From positions 55,429,888-55,493,887 of the forward strand of contig NC_068998.1 of NCBI RefSeq assembly GCF_001194135.2: a stretch of DNA of 64,000 bases, written 5' to 3'. Both the position numbers and the translations under genes were made by a program. The stretch comes from Octopus bimaculoides (taxonomy: Eukaryota). The stretch's first letter is position 1. The number at the start of each line of letters is the position of its first letter. Below, one piece after another: positions 1-13,570 of this stretch. The notes under the pieces were generated by a model. The model did no database searches. It saw only the letters and a program-made list of their open reading frames with translations, and was not told where the DNA came from.

Positions 1-3000
1 TATACCCTATCTAGTTTTAAAGATAATATCATCCTCTTGATACAGGACATCCATCTCGGGCCAATCAAAGAACCCCATAAATCTAGAATTACTCTGACCA
101 TCAAGAGTAAGTGCTCTCTTCCAACTATATAGTTCTCTGGCCTAAAGGGACGAGCTGAGGGTAGCAGACCCATTCACACTTCCCTTTTTCACCACTGCCA
201 TCCTCCTCTCAGTCTCATCTTCCTTTCCAAGTGGAGCTTGAAAAAGTCGATAAATGCTTGGCTGAAGAGGAAACTTATTACTCTTCAGTCCTTTTGACCT
301 TATCCATCACACAACTCTTTTGCGATAGTCCCCAGACACAGGAAAACTGCTTTCTCATCCTAAGTTAAAAGAATGCAGCAAGCTCCTCTTCACTTGGCTA
401 ACAGCCACCACATCTGTTTTATGACAGCACCCATTCAACACTTGTGTTCAGTTGTATTTATAAAATAGAGGTTTTAATTTCAAATAAGTTGACATTAGAT
501 ATGAATTCAGTAAAGATTAATAGTTTGCATTCATCTTGACTCATGATGGCTTTTAAAAGGTAAGCAAGCCTACTGAGTGTACAGTCAAGTGAAAAATGAT
601 CTATGATTTGAGATAATTTCTATAATATCTAAGCTGAATCTATCAAAAGGCATAAAGGGACCAACAGATAAAAATATTAAACTAAGGTATTTTGTTTCAC
701 TAAAACTAATCACAGGAATGATATTCAAGCAGATGACATTTCAAGTATATTATTGCCAAAGATAGATATTAAAAGATTTCTTAGATTGTATTCTTCAAAA
801 CTCATGTTTTGTGAATATCTAAGTTTAAGACATTACATATCAAAACTAAAGACGGGGAAAATCTGGTATATTTTTAATTCCATGTTACAAGTACTTCATT
901 CTAGGATAGGAGTTACAAAGGTATACATGTAGAAAAAATGTATAGAATTTCCTATCTGTAGTTCTTGAGATGAAGGAACATGAAATATTTTTCCAGTTTT
1001 CTGTTTTGATATGTAATTACTTTGCAAATAGAATTATTTGCTAGACATTTCAGTTGCTACATATTTTTCCAAAATAGAACAACATATACATTATTCTTGT
1101 TAAGGAATAATAAATCTATACTCTACAAAAGTATGGAGTAACCCTTTACATTAATTTACTCTTTATTATAATTGAACATAAAAGCAAACACACACACACA
1201 CATATATATACACATGCATGCACATGTACACAGTGCTTCCTTCAATTTCCATCTATCAAATCCACTCATGAGGTTTAGGTCAGCCCATGGCTATTGTAGA
1301 AGACATTCGCCTGCAATGCCACGCAATGGGATTGAGCCTGCAACAATTTGATCAAGAAGTAAACTTCTCACCACACAGCCATGCTTGCACCTCTGCACAG
1401 TGCTTATATATACACACTAGATTGAAGACATTATATGTTTTTGTATTGCACTTACAAAACATGGCACATCAGTCTGTTTGCCTGTAAGCCTTGGCCGGAA
1501 ATAGGTGCCACACCCACTTCACAGTTCAGTAGGAGGAAAAGCATTCATGTTAAAAATAATTATCTTAAAAAATTCTTGATTTACACTAGCATAAAGCATA
1601 TAACAGTAAGAGAAAAAAAGATTCAATATAAATCAACCATTTTAATGACTTCCTTCCCTATGGCAGTATTGCTTTGCATTTGTAACAAGATACTATTGCA
1701 AGTACTCTACAAGTAGACCATTGCTTATTTTATCTACTCAAGTAATGTTATTTATTTTTAGCAGTGGTGGTAATTGGAGATGGTAGAGTAACATCCCTTG
1801 CTAAGCACTTGTACTATTAGTGATTGGGATTGTATTTATTATTTTTCAAGTTAGCCACATTAACTACTCACTAAATAACAAATTGTTTTGACTATATAAA
1901 TTCTATTGACTATGGGCAGAAGCACTGCAAATTTGATCCTACTGCACAGTACCTCAAGTATTTGTCTCCAACTGTAGTCTTGGGTTGACTAATTCCTTCT
2001 GAGTGGAAGTTGCTAGATAGAAACTGTGTGGAAGCCTATTGCATAAATGTGTGTATGTACTCTTTATGTTAAAATCATATCTGACAAAATAAACACCAGA
2101 CTGAAGTAAGTACTAGAGTTGATATGACCAAATAATAAAAATAAAAAAAAAAAGATCTTTGAGGGCAAGTACTCCAGCATGGCCTCAGTCAAATTATGAA
2201 AATCAGTAAAAGAAATATAAAAGACTATAAAACAAATGGATTTCACTAATTAAATGTCAAGATGGTAACAACAAGATTGTAAATAAAAAAAATAAAAAAA
2301 ATAATCATAAGAACAAAATATTAGAAACACTAACAACATTTGTTGCACCAATGACTTATTTACTCAAACAAATAACTGGAACTCCATGACTGTTCTACAA
2401 ACAGATGGCAAGAATATATGAAGGTGACAAACAAAAATATTCTATTGAAATAAAATGCATAAAGATTAAAGTATAAGCATAATATCAAAGTGATCTATAT
2501 TAATAAGAATAGCTATTAAAAAAACCTTTTAGAAAATATTTCTTCACTAAAATGTTAATATTTAATTATATTCAACCTTTAAAGATCACAATGTTTCACA
2601 TTATGATCAACTGATAACTTTTAAAGAACAACAAATATATTGAGAGGAACAACATTAACACGTACTTTATTTGAAGATCATATATACTTAATGAAATACT
2701 GTTTATTCTGTGGCACTGACATATACCAGTATAAAATAGAATGAAAGACCCCGTTAAAATCTTAACACGTTATATAAATAAGAGAACATTTTTTTATTAT
2801 TAACTTCAGTTTTCAATTAAATATAAAAAAACAAAGAAAAATATTAATTTATACTTTTTTTCAAAGAATATTGAAATTTGCCTTGTTGAAAAAAGTTTAT
2901 AAAGTTGGTCTGTAAGTGAGCATGAGTTAATCTAATGTTTCTCAAAACGGAATGCTTTCAATTCACAAACAGGGTTGTAAAAATTGATCAGAGCTGGAGA

Positions 3001-6000
3001 AATAACCATGTTTAATAATTGTAAGATGGTTTAAAAGTCTTTAAACTTGTTCAACATCATGATGAAATGAGAAGAATTAAACGATAAAAACTCTATGCTG
3101 TTGGCTCATTAATAAAAAATGGAAAGGGAATAAAAATTTCAGTAAAGTTTGTTTTGAGGGGGCAAGGAAAGAGTCTGGTATTTGTCAGTTTTGAGGGCTG
3201 TTAAGTTGGTTTATGAACACAGAAGAGCAGATGTTTATCAAAATACAAGCTTACTCGTATGGATATCAGGGAATGTTATAGTATGAAGTAAATAGCAGAA
3301 TAATAAAATCAATATGTTTAAAGTTAGATGTCTGGATTTTTGTTTAAGTATCATACTATTTAGCGACTGCATTACGTTTCACAGAAACTTAAAATCAATA
3401 TCAATCAATGAAAACTAATGTCATTTAACTCAATTCATGGAAATATATGAAACCTAGTTAAATAAAAATAAAATCTTTTAATATAAACAAAAAGGTACAG
3501 TTTATGTGCAAAGGCATTGTAGTGTGTGTGTGTGTGTGTGTGTATAAATTTGTAAGGAGGAAATAATAATCAATTATCTATACTATTTAATGTGAGTTTC
3601 TCTAACTATTCCTTAATAAATTAGGTTTCATTACATTATAGTGCATATCGATAAGAATGTAGAAATTTACAGCTATCTGTTGAATTTGAAGCAGATATGT
3701 AAAAACTAAATGAGTTATATGTAATAAAAATTTCAGTTGGCTAAGTTGGTAGTTTGGGGGAATATAACTAGATATCAGATGAGATTTGTGTCGATATTTT
3801 GACACTGGTACAGTGTTATATCCATGATGACAAACTTTCATTAGTCTAGTTCACTTAGCCATAAATAGATACAACAGGTGAGTAGAGCTCACTACTAGAG
3901 TACACACTGAAGCACTCAAACTCTAATGTCTTGTTAGTTTGCAAATGCTCAGTTCAATTACTCCTGTCACTATATCGCTGCAGAGAGAAGCTTTACAAAG
4001 CTGACTTTCCTTACAAGTTTTTTTTATGACTATTAAAACAAAAACTCCCACAGCTGTTACTGATTTTGTGAGTTCTATCCAAAGTCACAGTTGCCATGGA
4101 TTAGTTATTTTATTATTCCGATATAAATGTAGCATTATAATAGCATTCTCATTCAACACTGGTTGAAGTGACATTAATAGCAATATACAGGGTGGAGTCT
4201 GGTAAATGTTTAGAAAGTAGGCACAGCATTGTAATGTATTTATAAGTATATAATTCAAAATGAGATAGATTTATTGGCAAGTGGAAAATCTATGATGGTT
4301 GTGGCTTTCTTTTCTATTTTCGTATCTCCAGTCTAGAAAGAAATTTATTTACAGGTAAAAATCAACCAGGTAAAAATTAATGTGATGCAAATGTGTAAAG
4401 AATAAGCTGAAATAACTTTTATTAGATATAATAAAACTTAGTCATACACACAACTGCAATAGCAGAAATAATCTTCCCTCATAGATTAGATCTGTTCAGT
4501 GCATTCCAAATATGTTAACTGAAACCATTAATTGACTGTATAAACACTGATAGTACAACTTTTAAATTAGTTGGATTAAAGTGTTATCTTTAAAAGAATC
4601 AACATTTCAGTAGTTATGCTGGACCGGTCAGTATTGTAATTTCTACTTTGTAACACATTCTCAGCTTAATTGGGTTAGTGTCTTAATTATCCCTTTATAG
4701 TTATATAAAGATTACTATATAGAAATAGATATTGAGTTCTTAATCCATTTCCCCTTTGTTTAACAAATACAAACAATGCAGCAGCATTCTTAAAAAGAAA
4801 TTTAAGAAGAATATGAAAATTACTATAGACATTTTTGAAGAGATCTAAAGTCCCATCAGAAGATAAGAACAAGTAAGTAGTAAACGCAGGTAATTTGAAA
4901 CTTGTTCTGCATAGAGAAAGTGAATTCCTTCCACAGATTTATTTATAAAACGAGTAATAATAAATAAAAACATTTAAAAAAACTAAATTACGAAAAATCT
5001 AAATCACAAAATAAAAATGTATCTCATATACAGAAAGTTGAGGTATAGTTAGTGAAGAATATTATAAGTAATAAGAGAGATTCCAACATACCATGGTTAC
5101 AGATTCCTATCCCCTTTTCAGTAATGCAAGGTGCTATCACTTGATACAATTCAAAAGGAGTTATTTTTAGATGTATGGTGCTGACAATATGGAACTCCAG
5201 TGCCAAGCTTATTCCAAACTGTATTTACTGAGTTGAGGAGGTTAAATATTCAGAAACTGGCTATCCAAAACTGTAGTGTTAAAAAGTAGGCTGAGAAATG
5301 TTGAAAAGATAGTTCTGTGAGTTATTTCAGATAATTAGTGAAAGCAATTTAAATGTGTGATATTCTAGCTTGTTATTCGTTTGGTCTTTAACAGTTATTA
5401 GAGTAGAACTACTTCATAAAGCAGACCAAAAAAAAAGCTGGACCAACTTTTCACTGAAAATATCACTAATAATGACACAACAGTCTGGATAGCCAGCTTC
5501 TGAATTTGGCTGGAGTTGACTTTGCAGTTGAGGAAGAATGGCTTCCAAACTTTCAACATATAACGAAAAAGAGGGAGAAGGGAAAGGTAAGAAGTAGGAG
5601 GAGAAGAGATAAAGAACAGGTGAAGTGAAACACTGAGGTAGTCAGTCACTCACTGCAACTACGTATTTCTTCACAGGCAATGCATGATAAGAGCAGAAGA
5701 TATAAATAGATACAGTACTGAAATCTATTTCAGTAGGAGAGCTGTTTACTGAGCATCTCTACAAATATTGAAATATAAAGTAGAGATGAAACTGTATCCC
5801 AACAAAGATATACATTCGGAAATATAATCTAGCAATAACTTTGCTCTATTTTCCATTCATTACTTTATATTCCCAATTCTATACTTCACCCCCACCCAAC
5901 ACATACATAATTCAATTAAATTTAATTGAAAGGAAAAGAATTTACTGTTAACAGTTATAAAGGAATTTTAATTAAAAACAAAAAGTCAATAAGTCTCTGT

Positions 6001-6630
6001 GCTTGTTTTATAAAAGACTCGCTTGTATATAAAACTAATTTGCATTACTTAAAATTAACCATGATGTAGAGGCAAGAAGAAATACATTGCTGGCAACCCC
6101 TCTTTTGATAAACTTATGAATGAATAAAAATATTCATAGTTCAGTGCCATTGCTTAAAGTCAAAGATGAAAAGACTAACAGTAGAATCATGAAGACATGA
6201 AATTCAAGTTCCACTTATATCATCAAAGAATTGGTCTGATTTCATTGACTCTAGTGGTCACAAAATAAAAACCAATGAACAATAAATATTTGGAAACATA
6301 AATCCTTAGAGATCAACTTAGAATGTAGGGCAATGAGTAGCAGATATGATAAACTGACAGATTAAATGCCTGGTGGTATTTAGTTGCATCCTAACTTAAA
6401 ACCCGATGAGAAATTACTTCATTTTTCAACCCTCGAGAATTAATATAATAATTATCAATCAAATACTGGGGCTTCATCAAACCAGTTATATTTCATACCA
6501 AAATTTATGGCTTTGTGCCAGTGTTAGAAATCTATATTTTGGAGTGAAGTAAATGGGAAACCATGAAACTATACCATTTGTTGGAAAATGGTATTAAGCT
6601 AAGTGTGTGATGAAGAAATTACATAAAAAG

Positions 6631-6666
<36 letters not shown>

Positions 6667-7949
6667 ACAATCACACTCTCACTTTAATAACAGAATTTCA
6701 AACACTATCTTCTGATTAATATTTCTAGCAGAAAGACCGCCCTCCAGGCAGTTTTCTGTGAACTCCTTGGTAATATTTTCATGTTTGATTCCCAATTCTA
6801 ATAATTTTTATATTTTACGTCTAATTATTTCTTTGTATATTAGTGCTCACTTGCTTAGTAAGTATTGCTTTCATTATTTTATCACAGTCATAATCTCTCT
6901 TTTTTAAACAAACATCACGGTAGTCCAACAACAGAGGGAGAAGCAGTTTGTCAAGTTTTACCTTCCCCTCAAAGCAACATAGAAATTTCAANNNNNNNNN
7001 NNNNNNNNNNNNNNNNNNNNNNNNNNNNNNNNNNNNNNNNNNNNNNNNNNNNNNNNNNNNNNNNNNNNNNNNNNNNNNNNNNNNNNNNNNNNNNNNNNNN
7101 NNNNNNNNNNNNNNNNNNNNNNNNNNNNNNNNNNNNNNNNNNNNNNNNNNNNNNNNNNNNNNNNNNNNNNNNNNNNNNNNNNNNNNNNNNNNNNNNNNNN
7201 NNNNNNNNNNNNNNNNNNNNNNNNNNNNNNNNNNNNNNNNNNNNNNNNNNNNNNNATGATCTGACTTTTCCCCCCCTCATAACTTTCAGGAAGATCGGTA
7301 TCTTTTGATGAAAAGTGAAACAAATCCCTTTCAAATGGCATAGACTATGAGTATAAACAAATTTGAAGGGAAAATTTTTTCAGGGATTTTCCTCATTTTT
7401 TTTTTTAAACCACATTCTTTGAAATGACTGCATCTTTGTCTGAAAAAAGTTTTGTAAAACTGTTTTTTTTTTTTACATCTCATTCTGGACCTATTTTGGC
7501 CAATGGTTTTTTGCACTTCAAAACTATGGGAAGGGCATTTTTGGTAAAAAAATTTTTTTAAATTGTTAATATTTTCAGAGGGAAAAGTGATTTAAGGGCA
7601 ATTTGGCTGTTGTTTCTAGCATATCCAAAGACAACCCTCCTTGTTGCTTTACCATTTTCGCATGTATTGATGTTTTTCAATACGCTTTCCCCATAAATAC
7701 ATTTATATGCTATAAAAAAGAAAATTTGAGAAATTATGACTTTTTTGCAACCCCACTCCCCTGCCCCCAATTGTTTCTGTTTAGAAATTAAAATATTGGA
7801 GAGCCTGAGAAGGTCATTGCTGCCATTTATCCACAGTGATTTAAAAAAATTACGGAGATGTACTTGCATAGCAAGTGACTTGATTGGAGATTGTGTGCTG
7901 AAACAAGAACAATTGTAACATAGGTGTTTGTAAGCCATTCAAGAACACA

Positions 7950-8240
7950 CAGAAACCATTAGTTTCATGGCATTACTTAAATACAGAGGTCCCGATGCAT
8001 CTACATAATAATATGAAGGGGAGGGTTAATTTTAGGGTTAGTTTTTAGGGTTAAGGTTAGGGTGTTGTACATTTAGAATGTTTTGTACATAAAACCTGTA
8101 TTTAAGTATTACCAGTTTCACTTCAACATTAAAATTTCATTTGTGTCAAAATATTTTCTTCGCTTTGAAACCGCAACCTGTTCACTGACAAAACCTCACT
8201 AAAGTGCTGCAGCACAAAGTTTTGTCAGTGAACAGCAAAT
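7950..8240. mobile_element. Putative non-autonomous Helitron/Helentron-like element with telomere-like repeats and a terminal hairpin
   Basis: TTAGGG-like run at 8025-8062 and a 17-bp perfect inverted repeat at 8178-8194/8219-8235. A partial related copy lies at 58370-58441. Confidence 0.35.
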
Positions 8241-11200
8241 CCACACATGCATTCATTGCCTTTCATCTGTGTGCATGTGTATCTATGTGTGTGTGTGAGT
8301 GTGTCACTGTTGAAGTCACTTGTGCAACTTGTCGTCTGTGTATATATTGGCTTAGTGGTACAGCGAATAAGGTGCAAGTTTTGAGTACTTGTCTGTGACT
8401 TTTTTTTCTCCTCGTCTTCTAATAGTAATTGCCCAACTTTCAAAACTCTTCTCACAGATATCCTGCATCCAAAAATTATAAGGGTATTTAAAAAATTTTC
8501 ATTCAATAAATAATAAATTACATATACATTAATAGAATAATAAATAAAAGTTTAGTGATATCATTTGATCTGATTTTTTTGAAATGATGAAAGAGAATTT
8601 CAGAATAGACTCTTTTCCATATTTCATTCATGAGCCAGAATTCTAGCCATGTGATTATTTCATATTCAACTAAGAGTTAATATACTAATCTTCCCTAGTC
8701 ACTTAATACACAATATATACAACTTATCATTAATGTCCTTGAAAAAGGACACACTATCTTTGAATTTCTATAGATTTACAGCAGAAAAGAGGACTACTGG
8801 TTAACAAGGATGAAAACAAAATAGCTTTACACATGGTTTTGTAAGTATTTACAGAGAAGCAAAGCAATGGTAATGAGGTGCGTTGAGAGATACAAACACT
8901 TTATGTAGAAACTAAATATAACGTATGTATTATGTGGGGCAACATCTATTTTAGTACTTAGAGAAAAAAAACAACCGAGTTCCTGAGGAGTGAACCTAAG
9001 ATTAATGAGTTTCTATGAGAAAAGGTTCTCTAAGCAAATAGAATATTACTTAAATTTTCTTCAATAGAGCGAAGAGGGTAGGTCCTAATAAGAAATACCA
9101 ATGGCAGTTAATATGTACTTTTCCAAATGTAAGAATAAAGCATAAGTGATCAAAGTTGCAATTTTCATAAGGTCAGAAACCAGGAGTCGAAATGATTTTG
9201 GCTCTAAAATGAAAGAAGATCTCTTCCAATAAGCTTAGCAATGTTGAGCATGTGTCTGATAGAAAGCTGTAACAGGGAAGAGGAGAGAGAGAGAGAAGAA
9301 ATTCTATCTGAAGATTACCATTGCCTGATGGTTGTATGTAATAACATATAGCAATATATTATATCAGAAAATAATAATTTCTTACAGATTTTATACAAAA
9401 GGTGGAAAGAAGTTGTGATGCTCAGTTTTCTTAAAAACATTGCTAACATAAATAAAGGGTTAAAACAATCCACTGGGAACTTACCACATCATAGTGACCA
9501 TCCCATTATGAAGAATTTAAAACATTCCTTACTAAGGAAGATGTTTAAATGAAAACAAATACAAAAGAAAATTTTTTAAAATTAGATTTTGCATTTTGAA
9601 ATCACTTAAACTAGCAGCCTGGCTACTTTTTAAAATCATAATAAATTTCCGTCTACTTGTTTGTAAAAATATTTGAAGTTTACTTAATGAAAAATATATA
9701 ATCTCTTTTTTAGGTTTAAGGTATTACCAAAGTGATAATCCTTGTTTAAAATTACTGGCATTCTCAACCTCACAGACAGCTTATCACCAGAATTGATTCA
9801 ATAGAATAAGTGACACATCCTCCATCTACAACAGTACCTATTTACTTAAAAACCTCCTTAAAAAACACTTAGTGGTCAGTGCCTAGATTCAGCTGGACAT
9901 CAAAGCAATTGCCTATCTCTATGCCACTCTTAGCATTCACAGCAAATATAAAGGATTATTAGAATTACTGTAAAGACCCATGTAAATTGTGGACCTGTGT
10001 AATTTACACAGGTGATTTTCAAGATAAAAATTGTTAAAAAAAAGCGGGGGAAAAAGGTTTTCAATTTAGTTGTATTTAGCATATTTTCACTTATTTATGA
10101 TTAGATCTTATTAAATTTTCATTAAATAAAAGTAATTTCTGTTTAACAGGTATCACATTAAAAGCTTTAAAAATAAAATCGGTTTTGTGGGACAGTTCAT
10201 GTGTCAGTTCATTTTACTTGCTCAGTATACCTTCCTTCTCCTCCCTTATGAGACGGACAATGGCGGTCTGCTTTAGCCACTCGTTATACCCTCCTCCTCC
10301 CTTAATATTAGCGTTCCAATAATTAAAAATAGATAAATGAAAAATTTGATGCTGATTGTGTGTGTTTGCATGCACATAAGTGTATCAGACTGTGTTTAAG
10401 TGTTTGTGTGTATGCGTGTAACCTGACCATCAACTGCCATTAATCTTACTCCATTTATGCCGAACCTGAACCTCGAATGTAGAGCACTTCTTTCCTCTTT
10501 AAAACATTCAAAAGAATACACATTCCTTAATACTGCTGACTCCACACAACTTTTCATTATTCTTTACTCTTTATTCCCTTCTAAATGATAGCATATTCCA
10601 CAATAAGTACTGTTTCAAACGAGATATAATAATCTAGCCATCCACCTTTAACATTTCCACTTAAATAACAACAAACTATAGTCAGAACTCTAACATTATT
10701 CTATTTAATTATTTCAACTATTTACTCAATGTCTACAAGTGCTGTGAGAGTGTCCGGCAGGCATCAAAAACTGATTATAATAGCAGCTTCAGTAGGGAAG
10801 GGCTCAGGAATTTTAACATCTTACTTTCCATATAAGTAGAAAGAGGAATAAATTTGGGAGCTAAATACATAGAATTCTTCAGTAACTATGTTTGGCAAAT
10901 ATTTTCATCATCAATATTTAACATCTGTTTTGCATATTATACAAAAGGCAGTGTTTGTTCCTTTTGTTTTTTCTATATTTTGAAAATTTCTTTCATAAAT
11001 AAACATATCCCAAAGTTTGGATTTTACTTTTACTTTAAAATAAACAAACACTTTATATTCTAAAAACAACCTGAACTATTTAATTTGAAATATCTACACA
11101 ACATATTTAGATGATAAATGTCCTTTTCCATTGTGACTTATTGCTGCTATTCACGAAATGAGTTTTACAAAGTTTTAAGTATATTCAGGGCCAAAAATTA

Positions 11201-11499
11201 AACTTTCAATCAAAATTGATAGCTTCTCAAAATTTCTTGGTTCTTATGAAAGTCAGATGAAAGTTAAAATGCTTTTTTTTTTTTTCAAAAAGAGGCACTT
11301 GGATCTATTAGGAATTCTTTATAAAGTTCTGTCTTTTTATGCATATATACTTTTCTTTTTTAACGTGTGTGTGTGCATGTGCATGCATGTGTTTGTATCA
11401 TCATTTTATGCCTTCTTTGTGTGCTGGTATGGGTTGGACAGGTCATCACAACCTAAGTTAGTTGTTATCCAGAATTAATATCTTCATAGATATAGAAAT

Positions 11500-12615
11500 T
11501 CAAGACCAGCAGCCATTGAGAACTATTATATGTTGATGATTTTGCTGTCATAATAGATTCCATTTCAGAGCTAGAAGGGAAATTCTAGATATGGAAGCAA
11601 AACTTGGAATCTAAGGGCCTTCAGGTTAACTTAGCAAAGACTAAGGTCCTAGAAAAAAAAAAAAACAGACAGGATTCTACCCTACTCAGGTAGATGGCCC
11701 TGTTTGATTTGTAAAAAAAGTGTGGGCAGGAACTCCATACAGTGTACCCAGTGTAAGCTATGGACACACAAGAGGAGCAGTGGATTAATAGGAAGGTTAA
11801 CAGAGAAGGTAGTGTTTGTATGTGGAAGATGCATAGAATCAGACCCAGGAAATTGATTCTCTCAAATGCCCTGGTGGCTCATTAGAGGCAGTAAATAATT
11901 TCTGCTACCTAAGGGAGCGAATTAGTAGTGCAGGAGTATGCGTACAGTGTGGTAGCTAGAATAAGAATAGGATGGAGGAAATTCAGAGAGCTGTTACCTC
12001 TATTGGTTATGAAAGGTTTCTCCTTTGAAGTGAAAAGAAGATTGTATGGTGCATGTATACAGACAACGATTCTACATGACAGTGAAACATGGGCCCTGAA
12101 TGCAGAGAGAGAAGTTAGGCAGAAGAGGAATTAGTTGCTGTGTACTGGTTTGGTCATGAGATGCAGCTGGATGCCGACAGCTCCATAAAGAAATGCCAAT
12201 CTTTCAAAGTGGATGAACCATGTAGAAGTGGGAGACCCAGGAAGACAAGTACTGAAGAACAGCCTCAGGATGTTGAACTTTTCAGGCAAGATGACAAAGG
12301 ACCAAGATGCCTGGCAGTACTCAGGACAACCCAGACTCTGCAGTAGAAGTTTTCAGACCAGTACCCTTGGTGGTTAGGATTGACCTGCAAGAGTCCAGTG
12401 CCAATGCCATGTACAAGTGCCCTTGCAGTGCCATGTAAAAGCACCCATGCAATACTACATAAAAATGCTGTGCCACATAAAAGTACCCAGCACACTCTGT
12501 AGAGTGGTTGGTGTTAAAGCAAACCATGTCAAATCAGACTGGAGCCTGGTGAGCTCTGGTCAAACCGTCCAACCCATGCCATCATGGACAATGGACGTTA
12601 AATGATGTTGATGAG
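11500..12615 (+). mobile_element. RTE-clade LINE, 5'-truncated, degenerate ((GAT)n-tailed family)
   Basis: Remnants of ELLYxDD, ARIRIGWRKFRELLPLL, LHDSETWAL and GRPRKT, plus the 3' UTR ...ccaacccatgcc...ggacgttaaatgatg. Confidence 0.85.
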
Positions 12616-13334
12616 ATGCATTGAAAGAGATTTCATTTTTGACATGGTTGCTCTTCCTAACACTCATGTTACAGAATGCTCTGAGTGCATCTTATTGTAA
12701 CACCACTACTAGAAAAGTTGTCACATCCTTGGCAAAACTAAAAGGAACTTCTGAGCCTATGTCATCTGCACTTGTTCACCAACCATTTGCCAAAGTGTAC
12801 TAGATGCATTTTATCATGACATCAGCACTAATAAGGTTTCCATGTACCTCACATGAGTAAAGAGACTGCTCTACTTTATGTTGTTCATGGCAACATGACC
12901 AGCAGGGTGAATAGAAGGTGATGAGAGAAGATGAGATAGGATGAAAGCAATGTGACTATGATGGAAGAAAGAGGGCCAGTGGACTGAGGTGGTGGAAGGG
13001 GTGAGGATAAAATGCTAGGAAGAGTCAGCAGTAAAGGCAGTGAGTAATGAGAGAGAGGAAGTGATGGTAATTACATGTATGCTGGTAAGGGAGGGGCAAT
13101 AACAAGTGACATGAAGGAGAGGGAGTGGTGAACAGTAGTACAAAAAGGGAGAAAGTAGGGTGCACTGGCTAAAAAGAACTGATCTGATACTCTCCCTCAT
13201 TACACAAGCATGGAGATGGAGGAGAGAGGCAGAGTAACAAAGATGGGGTAGGGGAAGGAATTGAAATATCACTGTCAACCAGCAAAACTTCTAAGTTACT
13301 GTCTTCATTTTCCTTGCAAAATTAAATCCCATAT

Positions 13335-13570
13335 TCTCCCTGGGCCTCACGAAGGTGATGACAAGTGACCGAGACCTTTGGAGATTTGCTGTGCTTGAGA
13401 AGACCCATCAAGCCAAGTGAGACCATAACCATGGCCTATGCCAGTGCAGCATAACCAGCCCATTTAAGAGTACTCTTCAATTATTGGACGGCTTGTGAAG
13501 ACCTGTTGAGTCAAGTGAAGTCATTGGCATGGCCAATGACAATACTGCCTGATTGGCAGCGATTATCATC
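13335..13570 (+). mobile_element. RTE LINE 3' fragment
   Basis: Encodes LGLTKVMTSDRDLWRFAVLEKT, the same C-terminus as the other RTE copies. Confidence 0.7.

Noticed and set aside
5092-5560. Candidate minus-strand exons and a ~32-bp imperfect inverted repeat (both arms read IQKLAIQ)
   Set aside because: Better explained as decayed RTE endonuclease remnants (WN...ELRRLNIQ); frames are broken by stops.
6865-7341. Long ORFs containing X runs (also 39911-40422 and 50695-51657)
   Set aside because: Open only because they cross N gaps.
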